Position numbers and translations under genes: made by a program
Assembly (NCBI GenBank): GCA_022791835.1
Contig: JAAVZW010000021.1
Span: 1 to 59,881 of the forward strand
Source: Clostridia bacterium
GTDB taxonomy: Bacteria; Bacillota; Clostridia; TANB77; CAG-508
Length of the DNA stretch: 59,881 nt
Direction: 5' to 3'
The notes under the pieces: generated by a model
Seen by the model: only the letters and a program-made list of their open reading frames with translations
Database searches by the model: none
What the model was told of the DNA's origin: nothing
Shown here: in pieces, positions 1 through 10,328 of the stretch
How positions within the stretch are numbered: position 1 is the stretch's first letter
Layout: the number at the start of each line of letters is the position of its first letter

Positions 1-34
1 AAGTAGCTCTTTTAATTTCTTCTTGTTTTAACAT
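1..34 (-). CDS. 5' end of a leftward gene that runs off the window (MLKQEEIKRAT...)
   Basis: On the reverse strand there is a GAAGGTGG Shine-Dalgarno-like run at ~41-48 and an ATG at 34..32. The frame stays open to the window edge. Too short to identify. Confidence 0.3.
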   Translation of the reverse strand, partial: MLKQEEIKRAT

Positions 35-297
35 TAAATATTCCACCTTCCTATTTTGTCTTTCATTTACATTTTTATACATTTAGGGTGAAATATTCGC
101 TTACAATCTTTTAAGGTGATTTTATCATAAAGTAAATACACATTTTTAATTTTAAAAGTTGACATAATAAATAAATTATGTTATAATATAAAAGGTCTGA
201 ATAATACTAAATCACAACGGATAAAATAATAACACATATACTTATGAAAAAATTAGAAATTAAAAAAATAATTTTATAAAGTGGGGAATGTGTAAAA

Positions 298-822
298 ATG
301 AAAGTATCAACTCAAAAGATTGTTACTTTATTTATTTTTGTGATTTTGATTGGGAGTATGTGGGGAACATACAGTATTAGTGCTAAAACAACACCTTATG
401 AACATATGAAGGATTATCTAACTCAAGAAGCGGAGCTAAATGAAGAAGAAGAAGAAACACTAAGATTAATAAATAAATATAGAAAAGAAAATGGATTATC
501 TGAACTTAAAACTTTTGCTAAACTCCAAGAAGTAGCAAAGTTGAAAGCAAAAGATTTAGTAGAAAATGAATATTTTTCACATACATCCGAAACTTTAGGT
601 ACACCATTTAAGATGTTACAAGTAAATGAAATAGACTATAAAATAGCAGGAGAGAATTTAGCAGGAAATACTACTCCAGAAAGAGCAGTAGAATCTTGGA
701 AAAATTCGCCATCACATAATAAGAATATATTAGACAAAAAATATGATTACACAGGAATATGTGTAATCGAAAGTCCCATGTATGGTAAAGTATTTGTAGA
801 ATTATTTATAGGAATAGATTAA
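298..822 (+). CDS. secreted CAP/SCP (PR-1-like, YkwD-type) domain protein
   Basis: 174 aa ORF with an N-terminal hydrophobic signal/anchor. CAP-family motifs are present (GENLAG, WKNSPSHNKNIL, YDYTGI). Confidence 0.7.
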   Translation: MKVSTQKIVTLFIFVILIGSMWGTYSISAKTTPYEHMKDYLTQEAELNEEEEETLRLINKYRKENGLSELKTFAKLQEVAKLKAKDLVENEYFSHTSETLGTPFKMLQVNEIDYKIAGENLAGNTTPERAVESWKNSPSHNKNILDKKYDYTGICVIESPMYGKVFVELFIGID

Positions 823-1028
823 AAGAAAGATTTAGGTTAAATTTAAAGACTTAAATCTTTTTCTATTTTAGTAAAGGACATAAGAAGTATGTAATTAATA
901 TAGAAGAAAATTACTAAATCGGTTTTTTCGATTTAATTTTACAAAATTGATAAAATGCCTTGCAAAAAAACTAATTTTATTATAAATTATATAATGGAAG
1001 TTAGTAAAATTAGAAACAGAAAAAACTT

Positions 1029-3290
1029 GTGGAGAATTTAAAATATATGATAAAAAAGTTTAGAAAAAAGAAAGACCAGTATTTACAACATAAAACTGGA
1101 TATACAGGAATTATATCGTTGCTGACAGTATTTGTATTAATTATGGTAATATCAATAGCATATATTAGTCACATGCAAAATCTTATATATAAAAATGTAT
1201 ATCAAAATATATCAGAACTTAGTGAGCAAACAGCAGTACAATTAGAAGCTTCAATTACAGAACAAAAAAATATTGTAAGAGTAATGACAGACACAATTGA
1301 GCAAGGACATTTTACAACAGAAGAAGAAATATTTGCGAGATATTCATCAGAAATAGATAGATATCACTTTACAAGACTAGTTATACTAGATAAACAAGGT
1401 AATGGAATAACCAGCGATAATCATGAAGTAAAGAATTATCATAATATCGAAGAATTTTTTAAAGAAGAAGACGTATACTTATCAGATAATAGACCAAGTA
1501 CAGTTTCAGATAACCAAGTAAACATTTATTCAAAAACTTTTGAACTAAATGGAGAAGAAAAAGTATTAATGGCAACAATTAATACTTCAGATTATAAAGA
1601 GATTTTATTAAGAAGACTATTTGGAAAAGGTGGAACAGATTTAATTAACGACGAAGGTATAATATTACTTGATGGATGGGAAAACGATATAAAAGAAAAT
1701 ACTAATTTGTATGACTATATTAGAGAAAATTATGCTCCAACTAATGAAAAAGAAAATAAAAAAATTGAGAAAATGAAAGAAGCAATAGAAAGAGGCGAAG
1801 TAGGGACTTTCCATGTAAATCTTAATGGAGAAATATATTTTATACACTATGAAAAAATGAATATAAATAATTGGTATGTTATAACATCAGCAGCAAATAG
1901 CACAATAGCACTTGAACTAATGAATCTAATAATATTATCTGCTATGTTATGCCTATTTATAATTCTTGTTATTATGAGTATATCAGTGTATATTAATATT
2001 TCAAACAAAAAGAAGAATAACAAGTTATACAGAGTTGCATATATCGATCCAGTAACATTACTTGGTAATGAATATTATTTTAGAGCCAATGGAACTATTT
2101 ATTTAGAAGGAAATATAACAAAAAATAAATATGTAGTTACAATAGATATTAATAAATTTAAAGCTTTAAATAATATTTATGGATATGCAGTTTGTAATGA
2201 GATATTAAAAACCTTAGGACAAAAAATACAAAAACTCTTACCACCTAATAACATTACATGCAGAATTTCAAATGATATTTTTGCTAGTATATTTAGTTAT
2301 GACGACAATATAGAAGAATTGTTACATAAAGTATTTGTCGAATCATCAAGTCTAAATATAAATGGTATGGAACTTCATGTAAATCTAGCAATTGGTGCTT
2401 ATAATATCCTTCCAAATGAAATGGATATTAATAAGATAATTGATAAAGCATATTTAGCACGTGCAGAAATAAAAGGGTTGTATCATAGTAATTACTATTT
2501 ATTTGATGAAACTTTGGAAAATAGAATGATAGAAGAACAAAAAATAGAAGCTTGTATGGAAGAAGCTTTAGAAAATAATGAATTCAAAGTATTCTACCAA
2601 CCTAAAGTATATACAAAAAATGAAAAAATGTCAGGAGCAGAAGCTTTAGTTAGATGGTATAGGAACGGAGAATTTATTTCCCCAGGAAAATTTATTCCAC
2701 TATTTGAAAAGAACAAATTTATAGTAAAATTAGACAAATATATTTTTGAGCAAGTTTGTAAAGATTTAGCAGACTGGAGAGATAGATTAGGATTTATGCC
2801 AACAGTATCTGTAAATGTGTCAAGAGAACAATTTGTAGATGAAAACTTTATTGATAAATATGTAGATATTTGCACTAAATATGGCTTAGAACCTAGTGCA
2901 ATCGACCTAGAAATCACAGAAAGCGCAAATACAAATATGGACGTATTAAAAGTACTAAGTTTAATAAAAGCAAAAGGATTTACAATATCAATTGATGACT
3001 TTGGAACTGGAACATCTTCATTAAGTATGCTTCAGAATATGCCAATAGATATAATGAAAATAGACAAAATATTTGTAGACAAAGCAAACTTAGAAAGTGA
3101 TAAAAACATAATAAACTATATAGTATTAATTGCACATCATTTAAATGTAGCTACTATAGTAGAAGGAGTAGAAACAAAAGAACAAGTAGAATTCATAAAG
3201 AAAATAGGTGGGGATATAATACAAGGATATTATTATTCAAAACCAATACCAAAAGATGAATTCGAGGAATATTTTAATAAAAATATGTAA
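1029..3290 (+). CDS. membrane sensor with degenerate GGDEF domain and intact EAL c-di-GMP phosphodiesterase domain
   Basis: 753 aa with two TM segments flanking an extracytoplasmic domain. The GGDEF position reads SNDIF. EAL motifs are EALVRW, DDFGTG, EGVET and QGYYYSKP. The start is GTG 1029 or ATG 1047. Confidence 0.8.
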   Translation: MENLKYMIKKFRKKKDQYLQHKTGYTGIISLLTVFVLIMVISIAYISHMQNLIYKNVYQNISELSEQTAVQLEASITEQKNIVRVMTDTIEQGHFTTEEEIFARYSSEIDRYHFTRLVILDKQGNGITSDNHEVKNYHNIEEFFKEEDVYLSDNRPSTVSDNQVNIYSKTFELNGEEKVLMATINTSDYKEILLRRLFGKGGTDLINDEGIILLDGWENDIKENTNLYDYIRENYAPTNEKENKKIEKMKEAIERGEVGTFHVNLNGEIYFIHYEKMNINNWYVITSAANSTIALELMNLIILSAMLCLFIILVIMSISVYINISNKKKNNKLYRVAYIDPVTLLGNEYYFRANGTIYLEGNITKNKYVVTIDINKFKALNNIYGYAVCNEILKTLGQKIQKLLPPNNITCRISNDIFASIFSYDDNIEELLHKVFVESSSLNINGMELHVNLAIGAYNILPNEMDINKIIDKAYLARAEIKGLYHSNYYLFDETLENRMIEEQKIEACMEEALENNEFKVFYQPKVYTKNEKMSGAEALVRWYRNGEFISPGKFIPLFEKNKFIVKLDKYIFEQVCKDLADWRDRLGFMPTVSVNVSREQFVDENFIDKYVDICTKYGLEPSAIDLEITESANTNMDVLKVLSLIKAKGFTISIDDFGTGTSSLSMLQNMPIDIMKIDKIFVDKANLESDKNIINYIVLIAHHLNVATIVEGVETKEQVEFIKKIGGDIIQGYYYSKPIPKDEFEEYFNKNM

Positions 3291-3356
3291 TGCATTTGGT
3301 CGTTCTATTACCATTAATCCTAAATATAATTAAGAAGAAAGGATTGATGTTGTAGG

Positions 3357-5138
3357 ATGACCAATTTAAATAGAAAAAAAAGAATGAGAAATATGCTACT
3401 TGTGATAGTCTTGGTATATATTTTGTTAGTCCTAAGAATAGCTTTCATACAATTCATACAAGGTGATGAACTCCAAACAATGGCATATGTTCAGCAAACC
3501 CTAGATAGAACAATAAACCCAAATAGAGGAACAATATATGATAGAAATGGAGATGTTCTTGCCAAAAGTGCAAGTGTTGAAACAGTTACAGTAAATCCAA
3601 CAAATATAGTAGGCGAAAATAAAGAAAAAGTAGCAAAAGCATTATCAGAAATCTTTGAATTGGATTATGAAAAAGTACTAAAAAAGGTAAAAAGAAAAAC
3701 CTCAATAGAAACAATAGTAAAAAAAGTAGAAAAAGAAAAAACAGACGAACTAAGGAAATGGATGAAAGACACAGGTATAGTATATGGAATTAATATAGAT
3801 GAAGACACAAAAAGATATTATCCTTATGGAACATTAGCTTCACACATAATTGGATTTACAGGAAGTGATAATCAAGGACTAGATGGAATAGAGGCAAAAT
3901 ATGATACAATATTAAGTGGGCAAAAGGGTAAAATCATGCGTAAGACAGATGCATCAGGTAGTGTAATAGGCGCAGGAGAAGAAGAGTATCTACCTGCAAT
4001 TGATGGAGATAGTGTGGTTTTAAGTATAGATACTAACATTCAATCAATTGCAACAAAATATTTAGAAGAAGCTTGTATAGATAATGAATGTGAAGAGGGC
4101 GGTGTCTGCATTATAATGGAGCCAGACACAGGAAATATATTAGCTATGGCAACATACCCAGAATATAATTTAAATGACCCATTCACAGTAATGGACACAG
4201 AACTTGCAAACAATTGGAATACATTATCTCAAGCAGACAAAAATAATAATTTACAAAAGATGTGGAGAAATAAAGCAATAGTGGATACATATGAACCAGG
4301 TTCTACCTTTAAGCTTATTACTACATCAGCAGCACTTGAAGAAGGAATTGTTAAAGAAACCGATAAAGTAGGAGAATTCTCATGTACAGGAGCAATAGAA
4401 ATAGCAGGCACACGTATTAAATGTTGGAGATATTATAGACCTCATGGAGCACAATCTCTTAGAAATGCACTTATGAATTCATGTAACCCAGTATTCATAG
4501 GCTTAGGACAAAAATTAGGAGTAAAGACTTATTATGAATATTTAAGAAAATTTGGACTTTTAGATAAAACAGGTATAGACCTTCCAGGCGAAGCAAATAG
4601 CATATTTTTTAAAGAAGAGAAAGTAGGACCTGTCGAACTTGCAACAATTTCTTTTGGTCAAAGATTTGAAATCACACCAATACAACTAGTATCAGCAGTA
4701 GCGAGTATAGCAAATGGAGGCAAACTAGTAACTCCTAGATTTGTAACAGCAGTTATAGACAGTGAAACAGGAGAAAGGAAAGAGATAGAACCACAAATAA
4801 AAGCAAATACTATAACAGAAGAGACAGCAAGCAAAGTAAGAGACATGATGGGTTCAGTAGTAGCAGAAGGAACAGGAAAAAATGCAAAAGTAGAAGGTTA
4901 CACAATAGGAGGAAAAACAGGAACATCAGAAGACGGAGTAAACACAAATAAATACATCACATCATTCATGGGACTATCTCCAACAGATGACCCAGAACTA
5001 GTAATATTAGTAGTCCTATACAACCCAAGCGGAGAAGGAGGACACCAAGGAGGTGCTGTTGCAGCTCCAACAGCAGGGAATATTTTGAGTGAAGTATTAC
5101 CATATATGGAAGTAAAGAAAATAGAAGAAAACAGTTAA
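3357..5138 (+). CDS. class B penicillin-binding protein (FtsI/SpoVD-type transpeptidase)
   Basis: 593 aa with an N-terminal TM anchor. The motifs STFK, SCN and KTGT occur in the canonical order. Confidence 0.85.
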   Translation: MTNLNRKKRMRNMLLVIVLVYILLVLRIAFIQFIQGDELQTMAYVQQTLDRTINPNRGTIYDRNGDVLAKSASVETVTVNPTNIVGENKEKVAKALSEIFELDYEKVLKKVKRKTSIETIVKKVEKEKTDELRKWMKDTGIVYGINIDEDTKRYYPYGTLASHIIGFTGSDNQGLDGIEAKYDTILSGQKGKIMRKTDASGSVIGAGEEEYLPAIDGDSVVLSIDTNIQSIATKYLEEACIDNECEEGGVCIIMEPDTGNILAMATYPEYNLNDPFTVMDTELANNWNTLSQADKNNNLQKMWRNKAIVDTYEPGSTFKLITTSAALEEGIVKETDKVGEFSCTGAIEIAGTRIKCWRYYRPHGAQSLRNALMNSCNPVFIGLGQKLGVKTYYEYLRKFGLLDKTGIDLPGEANSIFFKEEKVGPVELATISFGQRFEITPIQLVSAVASIANGGKLVTPRFVTAVIDSETGERKEIEPQIKANTITEETASKVRDMMGSVVAEGTGKNAKVEGYTIGGKTGTSEDGVNTNKYITSFMGLSPTDDPELVILVVLYNPSGEGGHQGGAVAAPTAGNILSEVLPYMEVKKIEENS

Positions 5139-5258
5139 ATTATGGCTACAAAAATAATCATCAAAAAGCGGAACATTTTGTTGTAAAATGTTGAATTTCA
5201 AAACATAGTTGTGATATAATTTATTTACAAAAAAATCTAAAGAAAGAGAGGAAGACTT

Positions 5259-8200
5259 ATGAAAACAAAAAAATTAGTATCTAGCATATTACTAATTATA
5301 CTTCTAATATCACAACTATGTATTATTCCATTTAACAGCTTTGTACATGCAGAAGAAGGAACTACTACTGAAACAAAATTTAGATTTCATTATGAACAAC
5401 TACAAAGTAATTCTGCAAAAGATAAGAAATCTGAAACAGCAGTAAAAATCTATGATGCAATATATGAAATGTACAAAAGTGGAAAGCTAAAAACAGGAAC
5501 AGCAAGTTATGACCTTGTTGAAAATGGAAATATTACAGATGAAGAAATTCAAAATTATTTAAAAGGAGACAAATCATTAACAGATGGAATGAATGCAGCA
5601 AGATATGCTTTTTATGCAGATTATCCAGAAGCATTCTATATAGATTTTTCACATCTTACTCTTAGAGTTACAAGAGGTACAGATAGCTATCATGCAGTTA
5701 TTGGCTCAGGAAGATATGAAAATTACTATGTACAAGGATTTACAGATGAGACATCAGTTGATAAAGCAGTTAAAGAGTTTGACGATAGAGTAATTGAAAT
5801 TGCAGAAGAGGCAAACAAAAAAGCAACTACAAAAGAAAAAATCACATATGTACATGATACTATAATAAATAGTGTATGTTACAGATATGAAAATGAATGT
5901 TATAAAGGAAATGAAGGATTCTTAGGAACCCCATATGGTGCACTTGTGAAAAGACAAGCCGTATGTGAGGGATATGCAAGAGCATTTAAAACTGTAATGG
6001 ATGTTTTAGATATACCTTGCATACTTGTACAAGGTGTTCATCAATATTCAGGAGAAGTTGGTGTTGACCATATGTGGAACTATATTAAAATAGAAGATGA
6101 AGTAGCTAGAACTTCATTAGAAAAATGGTATGCAGTTGACTGTACACAAGATGACCCAACAATGATAGTATCACAAGAAGAAGAACGTCAAAATTATCAA
6201 AAATTCGTAGACAAAGTAGCAGATGGAGCAAACTATGGAAAAGAAGGACTTGAAAATGCGAAGTATTTACTTGCAGGAGAAGTTACAATGAGACAAAGAC
6301 ATTTTGAAAACTCAGTTGTAGCAGCAGCAGGAGATTATGAATTTACATATCCTGCATTAGAAGAAGAAAATATGGATGCAGTTGTAGTAGAAAATACGGA
6401 CGGATTTAAAATAACAACACAAGATTATAAACGAAATGACGGAGCAGATTCAGATGTAGAAGAAGAGGTAAAAGCACTACAAGTTACACTTAGCTATAGA
6501 GGTATGTCTGTAGAAAAAGCACATGATCAAGGACTATATGTACTTGCCAAGTGGCTTGATTCTGAAGAGGGGGACGAAAATGCTAAATGGGTATACATGA
6601 TACCAGGAGGAATGGCATTTGGAAATAGTGAAGATGGAAAATCATCTACATTTGTAACAGGACCATCTAAATATTTACAATTTGCTGTTACAGATAAAAA
6701 ATATCCTGATACTAGTTCTGATATTAATGCACTTATATATAAAGGCGATGATAGAGAATTAATAGCTAAGAGTGAAAGAGTATATAATCCACATTATGAT
6801 TATAAACCAGCACCATACATATCAAAACAATCACCTGCGCAAACAGGAACTCTTAGAATACGTAAGACACCATATAAAGTAACAGCAACTTGGACTGAAC
6901 AACTAGTTGTAAAACCAGGGGAAACACCTACAGCTAGAATAACATGTCACTCAGCACTAGGATCTAATACAAGTGGAGCGCAAAATTCTAAAATAGAAAA
7001 TCTTGTATTTGATGAAACTACTAATACTGTTACATTTGACTTTACATTTAGTGAAATGTGGGCAGACGATACAATTAATTATAATATATATATAGATGGA
7101 CTACAAGGAGAAAAAAGCCAAAGAAATCCAAACCCAATTGTACTTAGTGGACAAAATTATAAAGAATGTATAAGTAAGCAAGCAGCAAAAGGAGTGTGGA
7201 ACTTATATGCTAAACCAACACTTATAGAAAATAAAGACCTTTCAGTCAAAGATTGGGAAACTTCAAACGGAGTTAAAGTTGATGAAATTTTAAGAAACAG
7301 AATAGCTCTTGTAACAACAGAAACAACTAAAAAACAAGAAGACCAAATGAAAGAACAACTAGAAAACAATTTCCCAAATGATGAAGTAATAAGTAGCTCA
7401 ACATATAATATTACATTAACAGTATGTAAGGAACAAATTAAAGATATAAAATCAGGACACAAAGTGACATTAAAAGTTGGTTTCCCAGAGGGATATGGAC
7501 CAGATAAGGTAGGCGTAACATATAAAGCATATCACTTTACAAGAGATGAACATGGAGAAATAATCAGTGTTGAAGAATTAGACTGTGTTGTAACACAATA
7601 TGGACTATTAATAACATGTAATGCATTTAGCCCATTTACAATAGCAGCAGTTAAAGATGATGGAACAAATAAAACTACAAAGAAACCTTTAATTGCAACA
7701 GCAGAGGATTGCGGAAAAGTATCTGTAAAAGATAGTCAAGGCAAAAAAATAGCAGGAAATTTAGCAATGCTTGATAAAGGAGAAACAGTAACAATAGAAG
7801 TTACACCAGATGCTGGATATCAAGTAGAAACATTAACTGTTTGTGGAGAAGTAGTAGACGTAAATAATGTGAGAAATGCTTCAGGAGATACAAAACAAGT
7901 TACTGTAGACTATGACCAAATCAAAGATGGAAACTCTATAGTAAATGCAACATTTGTAGCAAAAACAGTTGCTCAAGCAGAACAAAGCAACAATCAAACA
8001 GTAGTAACTGCAGATCCAGATGGAGCAACAATTGAAATGCCAAGTAGCACAATGGTTGGATTAAATAAAACTTTAAAAATAGAAGCAACAACATCAAATA
8101 CAATTGGTATACAAACTTATCAATGGTATAAGGATGGAGAAAAACTAGAAGGAAAAGTAAACAAAACATTAGAAATAGAACATATAAGAAAAACAGATGC

Positions 8201-9122
8201 AGGAACATATAGACTAGAAGTAACAACAACTGTAGATACAGTAAGTACAAAAACATCAAAAGAATGTACAGTAACAGTTTCAAGCATAGCAGTTACAATG
8301 AATAAAACAGAAAATAAAACACTATATCCAGGAGAAAAGCAAGAAATAATAGTAAACATCAAAGATTTTGAAAATATAGGAGATAGACTAGTAACTATAG
8401 GAGGTACTCTAGAATTTGACGATAATGTACTAGAACTAGAAACAATAACAGGACTAAACGATTGGGATATAAAAGGCGCATATGATAAAACCAGTAAAAA
8501 ATTTGTAATAGATACAAGTGATACTACTCCAATTGAAGAAGATGTACTAAAACTAGTATTTAAAGTAAAAGAAAATGTAGCAGTAACATCAGATACAATT
8601 GTTAAAATCAAAGATATTACAGCAAGTGGAGGAGTAAAAGATATAGGAGCAGAAACAGCAGAAACAAGTATATCTATACAAAAAAGAGCAGATGGAATTA
8701 CATCAACTAAGTATAAAGTAGAAGAAGGATGTATTTCAAGAGTTACACCAGGAACAACAATTAAAACATTTAAAGAAAATGTACATTCATATCAAACACT
8801 AGTATTTAAAAACAAAAAGGGAGAAACAATTACTGATGAGAATACTGTTTTAACAACAGATACAATTATTAAAGCAGGAGACCTAGAATTTAAACTATCA
8901 GTAATTGGAGACATTGATGGAAACTATAACTCAGAATTAGGAGAATTAATTACATTAACAGATTTAGCACAGCTTAAATTACATTACATAGAAAGTGATC
9001 AAATAGCCTTATCAAAAGCAAGTATAAAAGCGGCAGATATAAATGGAGATGGAAAAATCACAATAACAGACTTAGCACAACTAAAATTAGTACTAATTGG
9101 AGAAATGGAAATAGGTAAATAG
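5259..9122 (+). CDS. giant secreted protein: transglutaminase-like Cys-His-Asp core, Ig-like modules, cohesin-like module, C-terminal dockerin
   Basis: 1287 aa with a signal peptide. The transglutaminase-like core reads QAVCEGYARAF...DHMWNY...AVDCTQDD. The cohesin-like segment lies at ~8283-8690. Dockerin Ca-loop repeats GDIDGN... and ADINGDGKITITDLAQLKL sit at the C-terminus. Confidence 0.7.
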   Translation: MKTKKLVSSILLIILLISQLCIIPFNSFVHAEEGTTTETKFRFHYEQLQSNSAKDKKSETAVKIYDAIYEMYKSGKLKTGTASYDLVENGNITDEEIQNYLKGDKSLTDGMNAARYAFYADYPEAFYIDFSHLTLRVTRGTDSYHAVIGSGRYENYYVQGFTDETSVDKAVKEFDDRVIEIAEEANKKATTKEKITYVHDTIINSVCYRYENECYKGNEGFLGTPYGALVKRQAVCEGYARAFKTVMDVLDIPCILVQGVHQYSGEVGVDHMWNYIKIEDEVARTSLEKWYAVDCTQDDPTMIVSQEEERQNYQKFVDKVADGANYGKEGLENAKYLLAGEVTMRQRHFENSVVAAAGDYEFTYPALEEENMDAVVVENTDGFKITTQDYKRNDGADSDVEEEVKALQVTLSYRGMSVEKAHDQGLYVLAKWLDSEEGDENAKWVYMIPGGMAFGNSEDGKSSTFVTGPSKYLQFAVTDKKYPDTSSDINALIYKGDDRELIAKSERVYNPHYDYKPAPYISKQSPAQTGTLRIRKTPYKVTATWTEQLVVKPGETPTARITCHSALGSNTSGAQNSKIENLVFDETTNTVTFDFTFSEMWADDTINYNIYIDGLQGEKSQRNPNPIVLSGQNYKECISKQAAKGVWNLYAKPTLIENKDLSVKDWETSNGVKVDEILRNRIALVTTETTKKQEDQMKEQLENNFPNDEVISSSTYNITLTVCKEQIKDIKSGHKVTLKVGFPEGYGPDKVGVTYKAYHFTRDEHGEIISVEELDCVVTQYGLLITCNAFSPFTIAAVKDDGTNKTTKKPLIATAEDCGKVSVKDSQGKKIAGNLAMLDKGETVTIEVTPDAGYQVETLTVCGEVVDVNNVRNASGDTKQVTVDYDQIKDGNSIVNATFVAKTVAQAEQSNNQTVVTADPDGATIEMPSSTMVGLNKTLKIEATTSNTIGIQTYQWYKDGEKLEGKVNKTLEIEHIRKTDAGTYRLEVTTTVDTVSTKTSKECTVTVSSIAVTMNKTENKTLYPGEKQEIIVNIKDFENIGDRLVTIGGTLEFDDNVLELETITGLNDWDIKGAYDKTSKKFVIDTSDTTPIEEDVLKLVFKVKENVAVTSDTIVKIKDITASGGVKDIGAETAETSISIQKRADGITSTKYKVEEGCISRVTPGTTIKTFKENVHSYQTLVFKNKKGETITDENTVLTTDTIIKAGDLEFKLSVIGDIDGNYNSELGELITLTDLAQLKLHYIESDQIALSKASIKAADINGDGKITITDLAQLKLVLIGEMEIGK

Positions 9123-9151
9123 TCATAAACAAAAATTTAAAGGAGAGAACT

Positions 9152-10048
9152 ATGGAAAAAATTAAGAAAATAAGTTTGTTTTTAGTATTAGTACTAATAC
9201 TAAGCATATGTTTTTATACAAAAACATATGCTGCACTTAGCTGTAGTGTATCAATGTCTGCTTCTAGTAATGAAGTAACAGAAGGAAATGAATTTACGGT
9301 ATCTATAGGAGTAAATAATATACAAGGTGATAAAGGTGTAATTATCTATGGTGGTACTGTTGAATATGATAAAAATGTATTAACTTGCACAGGAAAAAGC
9401 GGAGCAGGAGAATGGGCACCTTCATTTAACAAAGAAAATGGAAAATTTGTAGCAGATAGAGACAATGGATTTGCAAAATCAAACGAAACTGTATTAAAGC
9501 TTACATTTAAAGTAAATGACGGAGCTAGTGGAAGTACTACAATAACAGTTAAAGATGCTTTAGCATCAGATGGAACAGAAGACAAAAGTGCAGGAACAGC
9601 TAAAACAACTATCAGCATAAAAGCAAAGGATAATGGAAACAAAGACGAAGATAAAGACCAAGGTACAAATCAAGGTGGCAATCAGGGTGGAAGTACAAAC
9701 CAAGGTGGAAGTACCAGTGGCAATAAAAAGCCAACTAGTAGTGGAAATAAGAAACCAACTCCAAACAAAGTAGTCAGTGCAACTACAGAACCAAAAAATG
9801 AAGAAAACACCACGGAAGATACAAACACAATAGAAAATACTGTAGAAGAGAATACAGTAGATGAAAACAACATAATAAAAAACGAAATTAATATATTTGA
9901 CAATGAACAAGAATATGTAGAAGAAGATAATCAAAAATCAAATGACAAAACAAATACTATTTTGATTATTAGTTTAGCTGTTGTTTTAGTAATACTTGCA
10001 ATTCTTGGAATAGTTATTTTCATAAAAAAGCAAAAATTAAAAGACTAA
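9152..10048 (+). CDS. membrane-anchored cohesin-domain protein (small scaffoldin/anchor)
   Basis: 298 aa. Order is signal peptide, cohesin-like domain (EGNEFTVSIGVNNIQGDKGVIIYGGTVEYDKNVL...TITVKDALASD), G/N/Q/T-rich linker, C-terminal TM helix plus KKQKLKD. Confidence 0.65.
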   Translation: MEKIKKISLFLVLVLILSICFYTKTYAALSCSVSMSASSNEVTEGNEFTVSIGVNNIQGDKGVIIYGGTVEYDKNVLTCTGKSGAGEWAPSFNKENGKFVADRDNGFAKSNETVLKLTFKVNDGASGSTTITVKDALASDGTEDKSAGTAKTTISIKAKDNGNKDEDKDQGTNQGGNQGGSTNQGGSTSGNKKPTSSGNKKPTPNKVVSATTEPKNEENTTEDTNTIENTVEENTVDENNIIKNEINIFDNEQEYVEEDNQKSNDKTNTILIISLAVVLVILAILGIVIFIKKQKLKD

Positions 10049-10328
10049 AAACATATAACTTGTAGGGGCCTTATGCGTAAGGCTCCTTTTAAAATAGACA
10101 AAATATTATATAATTTGTAATAAAAATATCATATTTATTTAATATTGACATAGAGATGGGCTTGCGTAAAGAAATAAGCTGGCCTATCGTAAAAACTGCT
10201 ATAATGCTCAAAAAATGCTTGAGAATTAGCTACTATAGTGATATAATATACATGATAAACTAAAAGTTTACATTAGAGCAATATTATGTTATAATAAATA
10301 CAGTATGTAATAAAAGGGAGGCTTTATA

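Noticed and set aside
9640-9730. Short tandem DNA repeats (GGTGGAAGTACAAACCAAGGTGGAAGTACC; also GGNAAYCARGG units at 15420-15540) as a possible CRISPR array or VNTR.
   Set aside because: They are in-frame coding repeats for GNQGG/GGSTNQ linkers of the cohesin proteins. There is no spacer-repeat architecture and there are no cas genes.
10051-10082. TGTAGGGG motif after the first cohesin gene as another copy of the 15953 element.
   Set aside because: Only the 8-mer is shared. The local structure (GGGGCCTTA/TAAGGCTCC hairpin plus T-run) is a simple terminator.
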